Origin: Candidatus Kerfeldbacteria bacterium
GTDB lineage: Bacteria > Patescibacteriota > Patescibacteriia > UBA10025 > JAHIVO01
Length of the DNA stretch: 64,000 bases
Assembly: GCA_016214565.1 (NCBI GenBank)
Contig: JACROE010000002.1
Location: forward strand, 920,007-984,006
Direction of reading: 5' to 3'
Numbering within the stretch: the stretch's first letter is position 1; the number at the start of each line of letters is the position of its first letter. The position numbers and the translations under genes are program-made. The notes under the pieces were generated by a model. The model was not told the DNA's origin. It saw only the letters and a program-made list of their open reading frames with translations, and did no database searches. Shown here in pieces: positions 28,870 to 38,533 of the stretch.

Positions 28870-29253
28870 ATGGCAGAGATTTGGATATTTGGAAACCAAG
28901 ATGTAGCTCAGGATGCGCTGCCGGTGCAGCTCATGCCCCGTTTGCAGCGGGAATTTACCCAACATAGGTTTACGCATCAAGATCCACTCGATGAGTGGGA
29001 AATGCCTGATCCATTATATTTGATAGATACCGTCGAGGGTGTGAACGTGGTTAGTGTTTTCACTTCGCTTGATGCATTTCAACAAGCCCCACATGTCACC
29101 ATGCACGACTTTGATTTGGGCACTCAACTCCAGTTTATGAATAAGCTGGGTAAGCTGCCTAAGCAATTATTTATTTTTGGGATACCGTCCCATCTGAGCG
29201 CTGCTGTAGCTTATGACCAGCTCGTACAGCTGCTCCGTCAATACGGACTTTGA
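28870..29253 (+). CDS. Hydrogenase maturation endopeptidase-like protein (short HyaD/HycI fold)
   Basis: FGNQDVAQD, LIDTV and TMHDFDL match the protease motifs; adjacent to the hydrogenase. Confidence 0.65.
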   Translation: MAEIWIFGNQDVAQDALPVQLMPRLQREFTQHRFTHQDPLDEWEMPDPLYLIDTVEGVNVVSVFTSLDAFQQAPHVTMHDFDLGTQLQFMNKLGKLPKQLFIFGIPSHLSAAVAYDQLVQLLRQYGL

Positions 29254-30526
29254 GAAAATGGGAGGCACAGCTCATGCACGGGTCGTACGCACGAATGAGC
29301 TTTTCCATTTCTAATTGCAGCGTATCAGCATCCGGATCGCTGGGTAATAATTCTTCAATGCGTCGGGCTAAGTCTTGCTCAATGTTAATTTGATTTTGGC
29401 CGGTCGGGACGACAATGTCACCTTTAATCACTTTTCCGTCTGTGCCGATAGTTACGCGATGATAGAGCGTACCGCGCGGGGCTTCAACGACGCCGATTCC
29501 GGTGCCTTTTTCGAGCGTCGGTTGAGCCAATGGCTCTGCTTTAAATTGCGTTGATTGAAGTAATTCAATGCTATGATCGAGGCAGTGAAGTATCTCGATA
29601 GCTTGGGCAAGATTATTGTGAAAAATGTTAGTTGAGGGGAATGATGCGAGTGCGTCAGCCGCGTCTTTTTTGGTTGCCGGATGCAGGGTTTCTTTTGCTA
29701 AATTGATTCGCGCTAAGGCCCCAACCATAAAGGATTGACCTTTAAATTTATATCCGGAGGCGTGTGAATAGGGGATAATCGTATGTTCCAGGTGGTTACG
29801 ATAGTCTTTCTCTTCGATGTAATCGCCTTGGTCGCTTACAATGTGTCCTTCAAGGAAGGAGAACGGTCGTGCCACCATGGCCATAAATTTCGTTTGGCGA
29901 TCAAAGCGGTCCTTGGCTTCTGCAAATATTTTAATGGTACGCAAAACAGCAGGTCGGGCTGCTTCTAATTTTTGCACTGCAGTGGCTATTTCCTCGGGCT
30001 TGGGGATACCGGCGAACCCGCCAATCTGCGGCTTGATCGCATGAACTGATCGGCCGGCGATAATAATCGATAAATAGTTACCGGCAGCCTTAATCTCAAA
30101 TGCGTCATGCAATATTTGATGCTCGTCTGGTTTATTTTCATCAAACTCCAAAAATGAATCCTTGCCGAACATATCTGGCATGGCAAATAAATAGAGATGT
30201 AGTGCGTGATCTCGTATATTCAATCCATACATGGTCAAATGTTTGAGTTTGATCGCTTGTTCAGATAACTGAAAACCAAGCGCCTTTTCACACGCTTCGA
30301 TACTCGCGAGAAGGTGGGCATTAGAGCAGGTGCCGCAAATGCGCGCAAGGAGTGTCGGTAGGGCGCGGTAGGGTTTACCACGCATGCCCTGGGTATAAAA
30401 TCGTTTATACTCGGATATGCCAAATCGACAGTGCTCAACTTTTCCGCCCGCAATTTTGACATCCAGCGTTGCTGAACCTTCAACTTTAGTAATTTCTTTC
30501 TTTAGAGTGAGATCGAGCAGGTGCAT
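29171..30526 (-). CDS. [NiFe]-hydrogenase large subunit, group 3b-related
   Basis: ITKVEG; L1 RICGTCSNAH; EAPRGTLYH; L2 DPCMSCASH with a C-terminal extension. Confidence 0.93.
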   Translation of the reverse strand: MHLLDLTLKKEITKVEGSATLDVKIAGGKVEHCRFGISEYKRFYTQGMRGKPYRALPTLLARICGTCSNAHLLASIEACEKALGFQLSEQAIKLKHLTMYGLNIRDHALHLYLFAMPDMFGKDSFLEFDENKPDEHQILHDAFEIKAAGNYLSIIIAGRSVHAIKPQIGGFAGIPKPEEIATAVQKLEAARPAVLRTIKIFAEAKDRFDRQTKFMAMVARPFSFLEGHIVSDQGDYIEEKDYRNHLEHTIIPYSHASGYKFKGQSFMVGALARINLAKETLHPATKKDAADALASFPSTNIFHNNLAQAIEILHCLDHSIELLQSTQFKAEPLAQPTLEKGTGIGVVEAPRGTLYHRVTIGTDGKVIKGDIVVPTGQNQINIEQDLARRIEELLPSDPDADTLQLEMEKLIRAYDPCMSCASHFLKVRIDGAAVRAGHKLQQRSDGTVSQK

Positions 30527-31044
30527 TATGCAACTATGTTAAATTCTGTAAGTAATGAATCAAGTGCTTCTAAAAAAGTTTTTTCATTCATCGGACACCC
30601 AGGAATATTCACATCAACCGTTATAACCTCGGAAAGCTTTTGCACTTTCTGTAGATAGTTAAATTGATTCAGCACCATTTGGATTTCTTTAAGCCGTTCG
30701 GGATCAAAGTCATTTCGCTGGGCAGAGGGTAGGCCATCGACTGCACAGGCACCAATGGCTACCACCTTTTTCGACAATGAACGAATTTTTTTTACCATAT
30801 CAACTTGTTCTTGCGAAGCAAGCGCACCTTCGATAAATGCGACATCCATAGCATCAAGAACATTATGGGTCTGCAGTACACGAGCGTGACGGATGTCGAG
30901 GATTTTCTTCCAAAGCTCCCAGCGGTCATTCATGAGCTCAGTAAAAACAATTGTTGAATCCTCACAACAGGAGAAACTAAACCAGCCAATGCGTAGTTTT
31001 TTTCCAGTCAGTGTTGGTTTATTGATAGCTGATGATGTTTGCAT
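30526..31044 (-). CDS. [NiFe]-hydrogenase small (delta) subunit, proximal-cluster domain only
   Basis: SCCED, DVAFIEG, AIGACA and IPGCP motifs; only 172 aa. Confidence 0.88.
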   Translation of the reverse strand: MQTSSAINKPTLTGKKLRIGWFSFSCCEDSTIVFTELMNDRWELWKKILDIRHARVLQTHNVLDAMDVAFIEGALASQEQVDMVKKIRSLSKKVVAIGACAVDGLPSAQRNDFDPERLKEIQMVLNQFNYLQKVQKLSEVITVDVNIPGCPMNEKTFLEALDSLLTEFNIVA

Positions 31045-31240
31045 AGGCGTGTCGATAGTATAACATTTATGAAGTAATTGTAAAATTTTTCAATTTTTTT
31101 GCGGTTTTGGTGGTGCACGATGTTAGTTTTTAGCATAGATGCTTTAGTGATTCTAGTCTTTGCTGAAAGGGATGTTGACCATACGCGTAAAATATGGTAG
31201 TATTGACGCACTCTTTTATTGACTTGTGATTTACTTGGCC

Positions 31241-31660
31241 ATGGTTGAATCATCACGAAAAAAACAAGAATACACATCGTTACTTTCTCGTCTGATACAT
31301 TCTCGAGCGCTTATTATTGGAGAGATTATCGTATTGGTTGTTTTGGCAAGCGCTGTTGGCAAAGAAATTATTCGCAAGTATCAAATCCAACATGAAATAG
31401 CCGCTTTGCAAGAACAGGCAGAATCATTGGCGAGCACAAATCAGCAATTACAGCAGTTAATTACATACTTTGAAAGTGATGCGTATGCGGAAGAGCAGGC
31501 TCGCTTGAAATTAGGTTTGCAGAAACCGGGCGAATCGGTGGTGACGGTTTTAGGTGCCGAAACGGACGTTGCGAGTGTTACCATGGCACCGGAATCTAAT
31601 ACAACTACCGATGGCGTTGAGCAGAGCAATCCACGTCGTTGGTTGAATTATTTTTTCTAA
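31241..31660 (+). CDS. Septum formation initiator (FtsB/DivIC)
   Basis: TM plus coiled coil plus EEQARLKLGLQKPGE. Confidence 0.85.
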   Translation: MVESSRKKQEYTSLLSRLIHSRALIIGEIIVLVVLASAVGKEIIRKYQIQHEIAALQEQAESLASTNQQLQQLITYFESDAYAEEQARLKLGLQKPGESVVTVLGAETDVASVTMAPESNTTTDGVEQSNPRRWLNYFF

Positions 31661-31694
31661 GTTTATAATTATTTAATCATTGTTTATTAGTATT

Positions 31695-32843
31695 ATGCCC
31701 GAAGAGAAAAAGAAAGCAGGGAATCAGTCAGAAGTGAAACCCGTTGTGCCGACAGTTCAAACATCTTCATCAACGATGCCCTCGAAGCCAACTCAGTCTG
31801 TGGTGGCTCGGAGTAAGCGGATGATTTGGCTTGGCGTTGGCAGTGTTTTGGTTGGATTGGTGGTCATTCTTATAGTTATAGTTGTTGGTTTTTTTAGATT
31901 TGGTTGGGATAATTCATTTATGTCATCCATTGTTCGCGGTCTTAGGATCCCAGTAGCCTTGTACAATAACAGTCCGTTATCTTTTGATGATTATCAGACT
32001 GACATTGATACGCTCAATCATTTTTACGCCGCACAAGCTGAGGAAAATACCGGTCAAACGACAACACCGACTGCAACTTTTTTACAGAAGAGCGTACTAT
32101 CCCGTATTATTCGAGAACATTACACCGAACAGTTGGCCGAACAATATGATGTTACCGTGACCGCCGAGGAATTAAATTCAGAGTTTGACGCTGTTGTTGC
32201 CGAGGCCACAAGTGAAGAAGAGGTGGTTAGTACGTTAACTCGGCTTTATGAATGGACACCAGATCAATTTAAACAAAAAGTTTTACGTCCATATTTACTT
32301 CGCTCAAAACTAGAAACAGCAATTGGTAAAGACCAGTCATTAAATGCTGATGCAAAAACAGAGGCGGATTCTGTATTAGCGAAAATAAACGCGGGAGAAA
32401 TTACTTTTGAAGACGCTGCGAAGCAGTATAGTGATGATGTAACTGCATCATCAGGCGGTGATTTGGGTTTTTTCAGTACCGGTCAGATGGTGAGCGAATT
32501 TGAAACGGCCGCTTTTGCATTACAACCCGGAGAAACATCGGGTGTCGTGCAAACCCAATTTGGTTACCACATTATTCGAGTAACTGAGCGGGTGGCTGCG
32601 ACCGATGATGCGCCTGAGCAAGTAAGAGCTTCACATATTCTTTTTAAGGGAGTTGACTTAGATACCTATACCAATCAGCAGTTGGCCGAAGCCTCGATTG
32701 CAATTTTTCCGAAAGGACTGGAGTGGAAAGATGATTGCGGCCTGGTTTTAGGTGTTGAAGAAACCTGCGAACAAAATGAGCTGCTTGATGTTGCCCAGCA
32801 GACAAGCACCCCGACCGATAGCCAAACCCAGCCAGCTGAGTAG
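31695..32843 (+). CDS. PrsA/SurA-like parvulin peptidyl-prolyl isomerase
   Basis: FEDAAKQYSDD, GGDLGFF and QTQFGYHII motifs. Confidence 0.9.
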   Translation: MPEEKKKAGNQSEVKPVVPTVQTSSSTMPSKPTQSVVARSKRMIWLGVGSVLVGLVVILIVIVVGFFRFGWDNSFMSSIVRGLRIPVALYNNSPLSFDDYQTDIDTLNHFYAAQAEENTGQTTTPTATFLQKSVLSRIIREHYTEQLAEQYDVTVTAEELNSEFDAVVAEATSEEEVVSTLTRLYEWTPDQFKQKVLRPYLLRSKLETAIGKDQSLNADAKTEADSVLAKINAGEITFEDAAKQYSDDVTASSGGDLGFFSTGQMVSEFETAAFALQPGETSGVVQTQFGYHIIRVTERVAATDDAPEQVRASHILFKGVDLDTYTNQQLAEASIAIFPKGLEWKDDCGLVLGVEETCEQNELLDVAQQTSTPTDSQTQPAE

Positions 32844-32858
32844 CTGGCCGATTGGGAC

Positions 32859-32934
32859 TGGAGCCACCCGTCGGAGTCGAACCGACGACCTCTGCTTTAC
32901 GAAAGCATTGCTCTACCAACTGAGCTAGGGTGGC
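32859..32934 (-). tRNA. tRNA-Thr(CGT)
   Basis: GCCACCC acceptor stem, TAGCTCAGTTGGTAGAGC D-arm, CGT anticodon, GGTTCGA T-loop, encoded CCA. Confidence 0.93.
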
Positions 32935-32955
32935 ACCTGTCGAGCGGAAGCTCGA

Positions 32956-33029
32956 TGGAGCGGGTAACGGGAGTCGAACCCGTGCTTCGACCTTGGGAAG
33001 GTCACGTACTACCGTTATACTATACCCGC
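32956..33029 (-). tRNA. tRNA-Gly(CCC)
   Basis: GCGGGTA acceptor stem, GACC-TTCCCAA-GGTC anticodon arm, GGTTCGA, TCCA end. Confidence 0.95.
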
Positions 33030-33063
33030 AGGTGAGACTTGAGTATACAAAAATAGTTGTATT

Positions 33064-34623
33064 ATGAAAAGATATTCATTTCTGCTTACCTTGTCAATTG
33101 TTACCTTCTTTCTTGGCATTGGCTTTGATGCGCATGCGTTAGCAGCGGAGGAGCGGGTTCGATTTTCAGCAGAAGCTATGTTACGCGGGTATACCGCTGA
33201 TTTTCGACAGACTACCCACCCGACGTGGGGAGATTTGCGTGTCGGTATTTTGCCGGATTTAGTCAACGAGCAAATTGACCTGTATATGAAGGAGTTTGAT
33301 GGGTCAAAATTCCCAGACCCAGCTGGAATGGTACGGGTGAGTGATTATTTTATTTATGACATCCTTCGACAAGATCAATCTTCGAAGGAACCGCTCAAAT
33401 TGAACAAACCGTTTTACTTGGCCCTGAGGTTTAATTCGGGAAATTTATGGCGGAAACGAATATTTTTTTGGACAGGAACCGCTGAAGGATGGCGGCCGCT
33501 TCCCTCTAATATTGATTACACGAATGGATATGTGCGAGCCATAACGCATTTACCATTTTCTCGGATAGCGGTTTTTGAAGACCATAATGGAACTGAAGGA
33601 TATGCATCATGGTACCGATCAAGCCGATATCCTTACGGGGCCGCCAGCAACGATTTTCCAATTGGGACAAAATTGCGTGTGCGTAATGTCAATAACGGTA
33701 AAATTGTTGACGTGGAGGTAGTCTCAACCGGTCCCTTCACTCCGTTTAGCGAACGACGCGTCATTGATTTGTCGCTTACCGCATTTCAGCAAATTGAAGA
33801 ATCATGGAAAGGAACTGCGAAAGTACAGGTATGGCGGATCGATGCTGGTGTGGTGCTCGGGGCTGAGACAAAAGCAGTCGCTGAACCAAATATTGCTTCA
33901 ACCGCCGCTATCGCCCTGTCTCGTAACACTGGGGCGATTTTGTATTCAAAAAATTACGATAAACAATTACCACTTGCAAGTATTACAAAACTGATGACAG
34001 CATTAGTTTTTTTAGATACTCACACGTCTTTTGATACCCTAGTTACCTATGCATCAAGCGATGATGCTGCTGGCGCACGACTATCTATTACGCCTGGCGA
34101 ACAACTGCGAGTAAAAGATTTATGGTTTACCATGTTAGTTGGATCAGCAAACAATGCCGCTAACGCACTAGCCAGAGCGAGCGGTCTTTCTCGAGAATTA
34201 TTTGTACAAAAGATGAATTTGAAGGCTCAGCAGCTAGGTTTAGCAAAAACAAAGTTTGTTGATGTGACTGGTCTGGATCTTGGCAATACCTCTACAGTGT
34301 ATGATATTGCGCAATTAGCAAAACACGCATTTGGCAAATGGGATATCTTGCAAGCTACGACCACGTGGTCATACGGCTTTATTACCAGCACAGGGACGCC
34401 GCACACGATTAAAAATACTGCAAAAGGTATGCAGGGGAGCTCACTGGTTATTACCGGTATGAAAACGGGGTACCTTGATGAGGCGGGGTATTGTTTTGTG
34501 ACAAAAGCAAGTAGCGCTCGTGGCGCGCCAGAAGTAATATCGGTAGTCCTTGGCGCTGCATCTGACGTACAACGTTGGGCCGAGACCAACGCATTGCTTC
34601 AGTACGGATTAAATTTAATTTAA
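33064..34623 (+). CDS. Fusion of an RlpA-like domain and a peptidase S11 (D-Ala-D-Ala carboxy/endopeptidase)
   Basis: GYASWY...RVIDLS; SxxK (ASITKL), SxN (GSANN) and KTG motifs. Confidence 0.88.
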   Translation: MKRYSFLLTLSIVTFFLGIGFDAHALAAEERVRFSAEAMLRGYTADFRQTTHPTWGDLRVGILPDLVNEQIDLYMKEFDGSKFPDPAGMVRVSDYFIYDILRQDQSSKEPLKLNKPFYLALRFNSGNLWRKRIFFWTGTAEGWRPLPSNIDYTNGYVRAITHLPFSRIAVFEDHNGTEGYASWYRSSRYPYGAASNDFPIGTKLRVRNVNNGKIVDVEVVSTGPFTPFSERRVIDLSLTAFQQIEESWKGTAKVQVWRIDAGVVLGAETKAVAEPNIASTAAIALSRNTGAILYSKNYDKQLPLASITKLMTALVFLDTHTSFDTLVTYASSDDAAGARLSITPGEQLRVKDLWFTMLVGSANNAANALARASGLSRELFVQKMNLKAQQLGLAKTKFVDVTGLDLGNTSTVYDIAQLAKHAFGKWDILQATTTWSYGFITSTGTPHTIKNTAKGMQGSSLVITGMKTGYLDEAGYCFVTKASSARGAPEVISVVLGAASDVQRWAETNALLQYGLNLI

Positions 34624-34637
34624 GGATTTACGATAGC

Positions 34638-35306
34638 ATGTCACTGATCCAAATACAGAATGTTGTCAAAACGTATTCGCCCGATAAGCCCAATTCGTTT
34701 ACCGCATTGCATGGGGTATCGCTGAATGTGGAAGCTGGAGAATTTGTCACGATTATGGGTGTGTCCGGTTCTGGGAAATCAACACTCATGAATATTATCG
34801 GTTGCCTGGATCAATTAACTTTAGGCTCGTATCGGTTTGACGGTGAGCTTATATCTGAAAAAAGTTCAGCAGACCTCGTTAAAATACGACGTCATAAAAT
34901 TGGATTTGTATTTCAAAATTTCAATCTTTTACCGCGCTACTCAGCCTTGGCAAACGTAGAGCTACCGTTAATCTATCAGGGTATTCATGCGCATGAGCGG
35001 CATCAGCGCGCGCGCCAAGTTCTTGAGCAGGTTGGCCTGGGAAATAAAACGATGAGTAAGCCGGCCATGCTATCCGGAGGAGAGCAGCAGCGGGTGGCGA
35101 TTGCTCGTGCCCTGATAACTAAGCCATCAATAATACTGGCTGATGAACCGACAGGAAATCTCGATTCGGCAAGCGGTTCGCAAATAATGAATATTTTACA
35201 AACGCTGAATAATCAAGGTGTAACCATAATTGTTGTAACTCACGATCCAAACGTAGCAGCTCAAACAAAGCGTACGGTGCACATAATTGATGGAAAAATC
35301 GAATAA
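34638..35306 (+). CDS. ABC transporter ATP-binding protein (MacB/LolD type)
   Basis: [22 protein letters not shown] and ADEPTGNLD motifs. Confidence 0.93.
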   Translation: MSLIQIQNVVKTYSPDKPNSFTALHGVSLNVEAGEFVTIMGVSGSGKSTLMNIIGCLDQLTLGSYRFDGELISEKSSADLVKIRRHKIGFVFQNFNLLPRYSALANVELPLIYQGIHAHERHQRARQVLEQVGLGNKTMSKPAMLSGGEQQRVAIARALITKPSIILADEPTGNLDSASGSQIMNILQTLNNQGVTIIVVTHDPNVAAQTKRTVHIIDGKIE

Positions 35307-36595
35307 TGTTTATTAAATTACTTCAAAACATTAAATTAGCGCTGCAGGCAGTCTGGGCAAAGAAGATTCGATCGCTCTTAACTATGCTCGGAGTTATTAT
35401 TGGCGTATTTTCTATTGTTACACTTATTGCTTTAGGTGAAGGAGTACAGCAGGAAGTAACAGGGCAAATCGAGGGTCTTGGTTCGAATTTATTATTTGTT
35501 ACGCCAGGAAATATTGACCCCGAGTCTGCCGGAGCCACTTCAGGTAGTGCTTTTGTTGGTGCCAGCACATTAACGGAATCCGATCTTCCCAAATTAGAGA
35601 GTTTGCCGGGCGTTAAACACGTTGTTCCGATGGCGCTGCTTGCCTCTCCTGTATCAGCGACCATGCCGATAAATGGCGCGGCTGGGGGGACCCCCGGCTC
35701 TACGCCATCAGCACAGAGCGCTGCCATGGTTATGGGAAGCACAATAGCAGTTCGCGAGGCTTTTACGGGACAAGTGACTGAAGGCGAGGAATATGGTCGG
35801 ATGTTCACGCAAGAGGAATATGACAGTGCAGCGCGTGTTGTGGTCGGCTTTTCAGGTGCAATGGAGAAATTATTTCCTGGACGACCGATCAGTGAACTAA
35901 TCAATGAAACGGTCTATATTGGTAAAGAAAAGTTTACAGTCGTCGGGTTACTCCAAGCTGATCAGTCGTCAAGTATGTTTGGTCAGAGCGAGTTTTCAAA
36001 CATTATGATAATTCCGTTTACGACAGCAAAAGAAATTAGTGCGAGTTTACAAATTAATCGTATTATCATAACGAGTCAGGAGACTGAAAATGTCCAAGAT
36101 TTGCAGAATACCGTCGAGGCTACCTTACTTGAGAGTCATGAGGGCGTCGATGATTTTTCGGTATTGACACAAGAAGATTTACTCGCTGTATTTAACGATG
36201 TTTTAGGAGTGATTACCGGAATGTTATCTGGTATTGCAGCAATTTCATTGTTAGTTGGCGGCATTGGTGTGATGAATATAATGCTCGTTTCAGTGACCGA
36301 GCGAGTGAAAGAAATTGGGTTACGGAAGGCAATTGGCGCTTCATCGTATGATATATTGATTCAATTTTTGGTTGAAGCAATGTTTTTAACTTTTTTAGGC
36401 GGAGCCATTGGTATTGGTTTAGCCTTTATTACAGGATTTATTCTTGAAGCAAAAATTGGCTTATCACCGATTATTAGTATTGAAACGATGCTGCTGGCCT
36501 TTGTTTTCACTGCGTTGGTGGGCGTATTTTTTGGAGTTGCGCCAGCCATTCGTGCCGCTCGACTCGATCCGATTAATGCGCTAAAATATGAATGA
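35306..36595 (+). CDS. ABC transporter permease (MacB type)
   Basis: RSLLTMLGVIIG and GGIGVMNIMLVSVTERVKEIG motifs. Confidence 0.93.
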   Translation: MFIKLLQNIKLALQAVWAKKIRSLLTMLGVIIGVFSIVTLIALGEGVQQEVTGQIEGLGSNLLFVTPGNIDPESAGATSGSAFVGASTLTESDLPKLESLPGVKHVVPMALLASPVSATMPINGAAGGTPGSTPSAQSAAMVMGSTIAVREAFTGQVTEGEEYGRMFTQEEYDSAARVVVGFSGAMEKLFPGRPISELINETVYIGKEKFTVVGLLQADQSSSMFGQSEFSNIMIIPFTTAKEISASLQINRIIITSQETENVQDLQNTVEATLLESHEGVDDFSVLTQEDLLAVFNDVLGVITGMLSGIAAISLLVGGIGVMNIMLVSVTERVKEIGLRKAIGASSYDILIQFLVEAMFLTFLGGAIGIGLAFITGFILEAKIGLSPIISIETMLLAFVFTALVGVFFGVAPAIRAARLDPINALKYE

Positions 36596-36610
36596 GGGAG
36601 TTTTTAACGC

Positions 36611-37291
36611 ATGATACATTTCAAGAATGTTTCGAAAATCTATCCACCGGACACGTACGCCCTGAAAAACGTCAATCTGCATATAAAACCGGGCGAGTTT
36701 GTATCAATTGTTGGGCAGTCGGGAACCGGGAAAACAACTCTGGTTAAGTTGATTATCGCCGAAGAGCGGCCAAGCAAAGGGCGTGTTATTATTGGGGATT
36801 GGGATATTACTGATATTCGACCGAATGAAATACCGGTATTGCGACGGCAAATTGGAGTAATCTTTCAAGATTTTAAATTATTGCCCCGCAAAACGGTTTT
36901 TGAAAATGTATCGTTTGGCCTCGAAGTAGCAGGTGCCACGACTCAACGGATTAATGAAATAGTTCCGCAAGTATTGAAGATTGTCGGTCTTGATAAGAAG
37001 CGCGACCGGTTTCCCAGACAAATTTCCGGTGGTGAGCAGCAGCGAACCGCTATTGCCCGTGCGTTAGTTCACCGCCCTAAAATATTAGTAGCCGACGAGC
37101 CCACAGGGAATCTTGACTCTATTAATTCTCAAGAAATTATCAATTTACTGAAAAAAATAAATGAGTTCGGAACAACCGTCGTATTGGTCACTCATAATCG
37201 TGAAGTCGTCAATGCGCTACGAAAACGCGTTATTACCGTTGATCAAGGTACGATAATTTCTGACCAACAAACAGGAAAATATATTTTATAA
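36611..37291 (+). CDS. ftsE: Cell division ATP-binding protein FtsE
   Basis: LRRQIGVIFQDFKLL; adjacent to ftsX. Confidence 0.93.
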   Translation: MIHFKNVSKIYPPDTYALKNVNLHIKPGEFVSIVGQSGTGKTTLVKLIIAEERPSKGRVIIGDWDITDIRPNEIPVLRRQIGVIFQDFKLLPRKTVFENVSFGLEVAGATTQRINEIVPQVLKIVGLDKKRDRFPRQISGGEQQRTAIARALVHRPKILVADEPTGNLDSINSQEIINLLKKINEFGTTVVLVTHNREVVNALRKRVITVDQGTIISDQQTGKYIL

Positions 37292-37293
37292 AT

Positions 37294-38208
37294 ATGCTGC
37301 TTTTTTTGGCACGAACAATTAAATTTGCATTGCAGGGCTTTTTTAGAAATTTCTGGCTATCGGTTGTAACCATAATCATTTTAGTGTTGACGCTTTGCTC
37401 GATTACACTCGTTGCCGGTATTAATGTTGTGGCGGAGCAGGCGATTGCATCGATTCAAGATCGAGTTGATGTTTCGATTTACTTCAAACAGGAAGTTAGC
37501 GAAAATGATGCGTTGGCGGTGCGTGATCGATTATTAGGACTCGCGGAAGTGGAGACAGTCACTTATGTTTCTAAGGAAGACGCACTCGAGAAATTTAAGT
37601 CGCAACATCAGGACGATACCGTGATCCTAGAAGCGATAGAACAGCTTGAAGAAAATCCTTTAAGTGCCACAATAATTATTAAAGCTGATTCGATTGAGGA
37701 GTACACCGCTATTTTAGCTGTACTTGATAATCCTCAGTACAGTAATTTGATCGAAGAAAGAAATTTCGATGACAATGAAACGGTTATTAGCCGGCTGTCC
37801 GACGTTTCAAATCGTATTGAGCAAATTGGGATAATTATTAGTGCTATCTTTGTACTGATTGCGGTTTTGATCGTGTTCAATACCATTCGCATTAATATTT
37901 ATACTCACCGAGAGGAGATCGGTATAATGAAATTGGTGGGGAGCAGCAATGCATTTGTCCGCATGCCGTTCATCATCGAAACGTTTATGTACGCATTGAT
38001 TTCGGTTGTATTAACGATTGCCATTCTCTATCCACTCATGAATGTTGTTGCCCCTCAGGTTAGCAGTTTTTTTGAAGGGTATGACCTTGATTTGGCAACC
38101 TACGTTCATGACCACATTTTTTATGTGATTGGTATGCAATTAGTATTTTCGGTGTTATTGAGCACCTTAAGTGCGAGCATAGCCATCGGTCGGTATCTTA
38201 AGGTCTGA
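37294..38208 (+). CDS. ftsX: Cell division permease FtsX
   Basis: NPL motif; NTIRINIYTHREEIGIMKLVG. Confidence 0.93.
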   Translation: MLLFLARTIKFALQGFFRNFWLSVVTIIILVLTLCSITLVAGINVVAEQAIASIQDRVDVSIYFKQEVSENDALAVRDRLLGLAEVETVTYVSKEDALEKFKSQHQDDTVILEAIEQLEENPLSATIIIKADSIEEYTAILAVLDNPQYSNLIEERNFDDNETVISRLSDVSNRIEQIGIIISAIFVLIAVLIVFNTIRINIYTHREEIGIMKLVGSSNAFVRMPFIIETFMYALISVVLTIAILYPLMNVVAPQVSSFFEGYDLDLATYVHDHIFYVIGMQLVFSVLLSTLSASIAIGRYLKV

Positions 38209-38213
38209 GCTCG

Positions 38214-38242
38214 TTGACAGTCTTTTATTTTTTGCTTAGAAT
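38214..38242 (+). promoter_or_regulatory. Sigma70 promoter for tRNA-Gln
   Basis: TTGACA-17bp-TAGAAT. Confidence 0.7.
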
Positions 38243-38306
38243 ACGTCTCACTCAGGCGTTTTTTTGTATTAGATCATGCAGACAGGCGGGGAAAGGCCGC
38301 ATCTGC

Positions 38307-38377
38307 TCCGGGATCGTCTAATGGTAGGACACAGGCCTTTGGAGCCTGGTATCTTGGTTCGACTCCAAGTCCCGGAG
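38307..38377 (+). tRNA. tRNA-Gln(TTG), CCA not encoded
   Basis: TCCGGGA/TCCCGGA acceptor stem, CAGGC-CTTTGGA-GCCTG anticodon arm, GGTTCGA. Confidence 0.95.
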
Positions 38378-38447
38378 TAGAGTCGGTCTTTTTTTATTGG
38401 AAAAGCGCCCGTATCACCCTATTCAGAATGGCTATTATTAGCAAAAA

Positions 38448-38496
38448 ATACTATCTATAGTGTCGCTTAAGGCTTGTATAACACAATATGTTGTTT
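38448..38496 (+). promoter_or_regulatory. Tandem NrdR boxes
   Basis: ATACTATCTATAGTGT (38448) and ACACAATATGTTGTTT (38481) resemble acaCwAtATaTwGtgt and lie upstream of nrdA. Confidence 0.75.
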
Positions 38497-38533
38497 ATCC
38501 ACAGTTGAAGCGTCTTGCTAAATGGTGTATACT
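38495..38533 (+). promoter_or_regulatory. DnaA box abutting the nrdAB promoter
   Basis: TTATCCACA at 38495-38503, then TTGAAG-17bp-TATACT. Confidence 0.65.

Noticed and set aside
32859-33029. tRNA-anchored genomic island
   Set aside because: No integrase, and I saw no duplicated tRNA 3' end; the flanks are housekeeping genes
38495-38503. Replication origin
   Set aside because: Only one DnaA box is seen, in a promoter context, with no box cluster or dnaA gene
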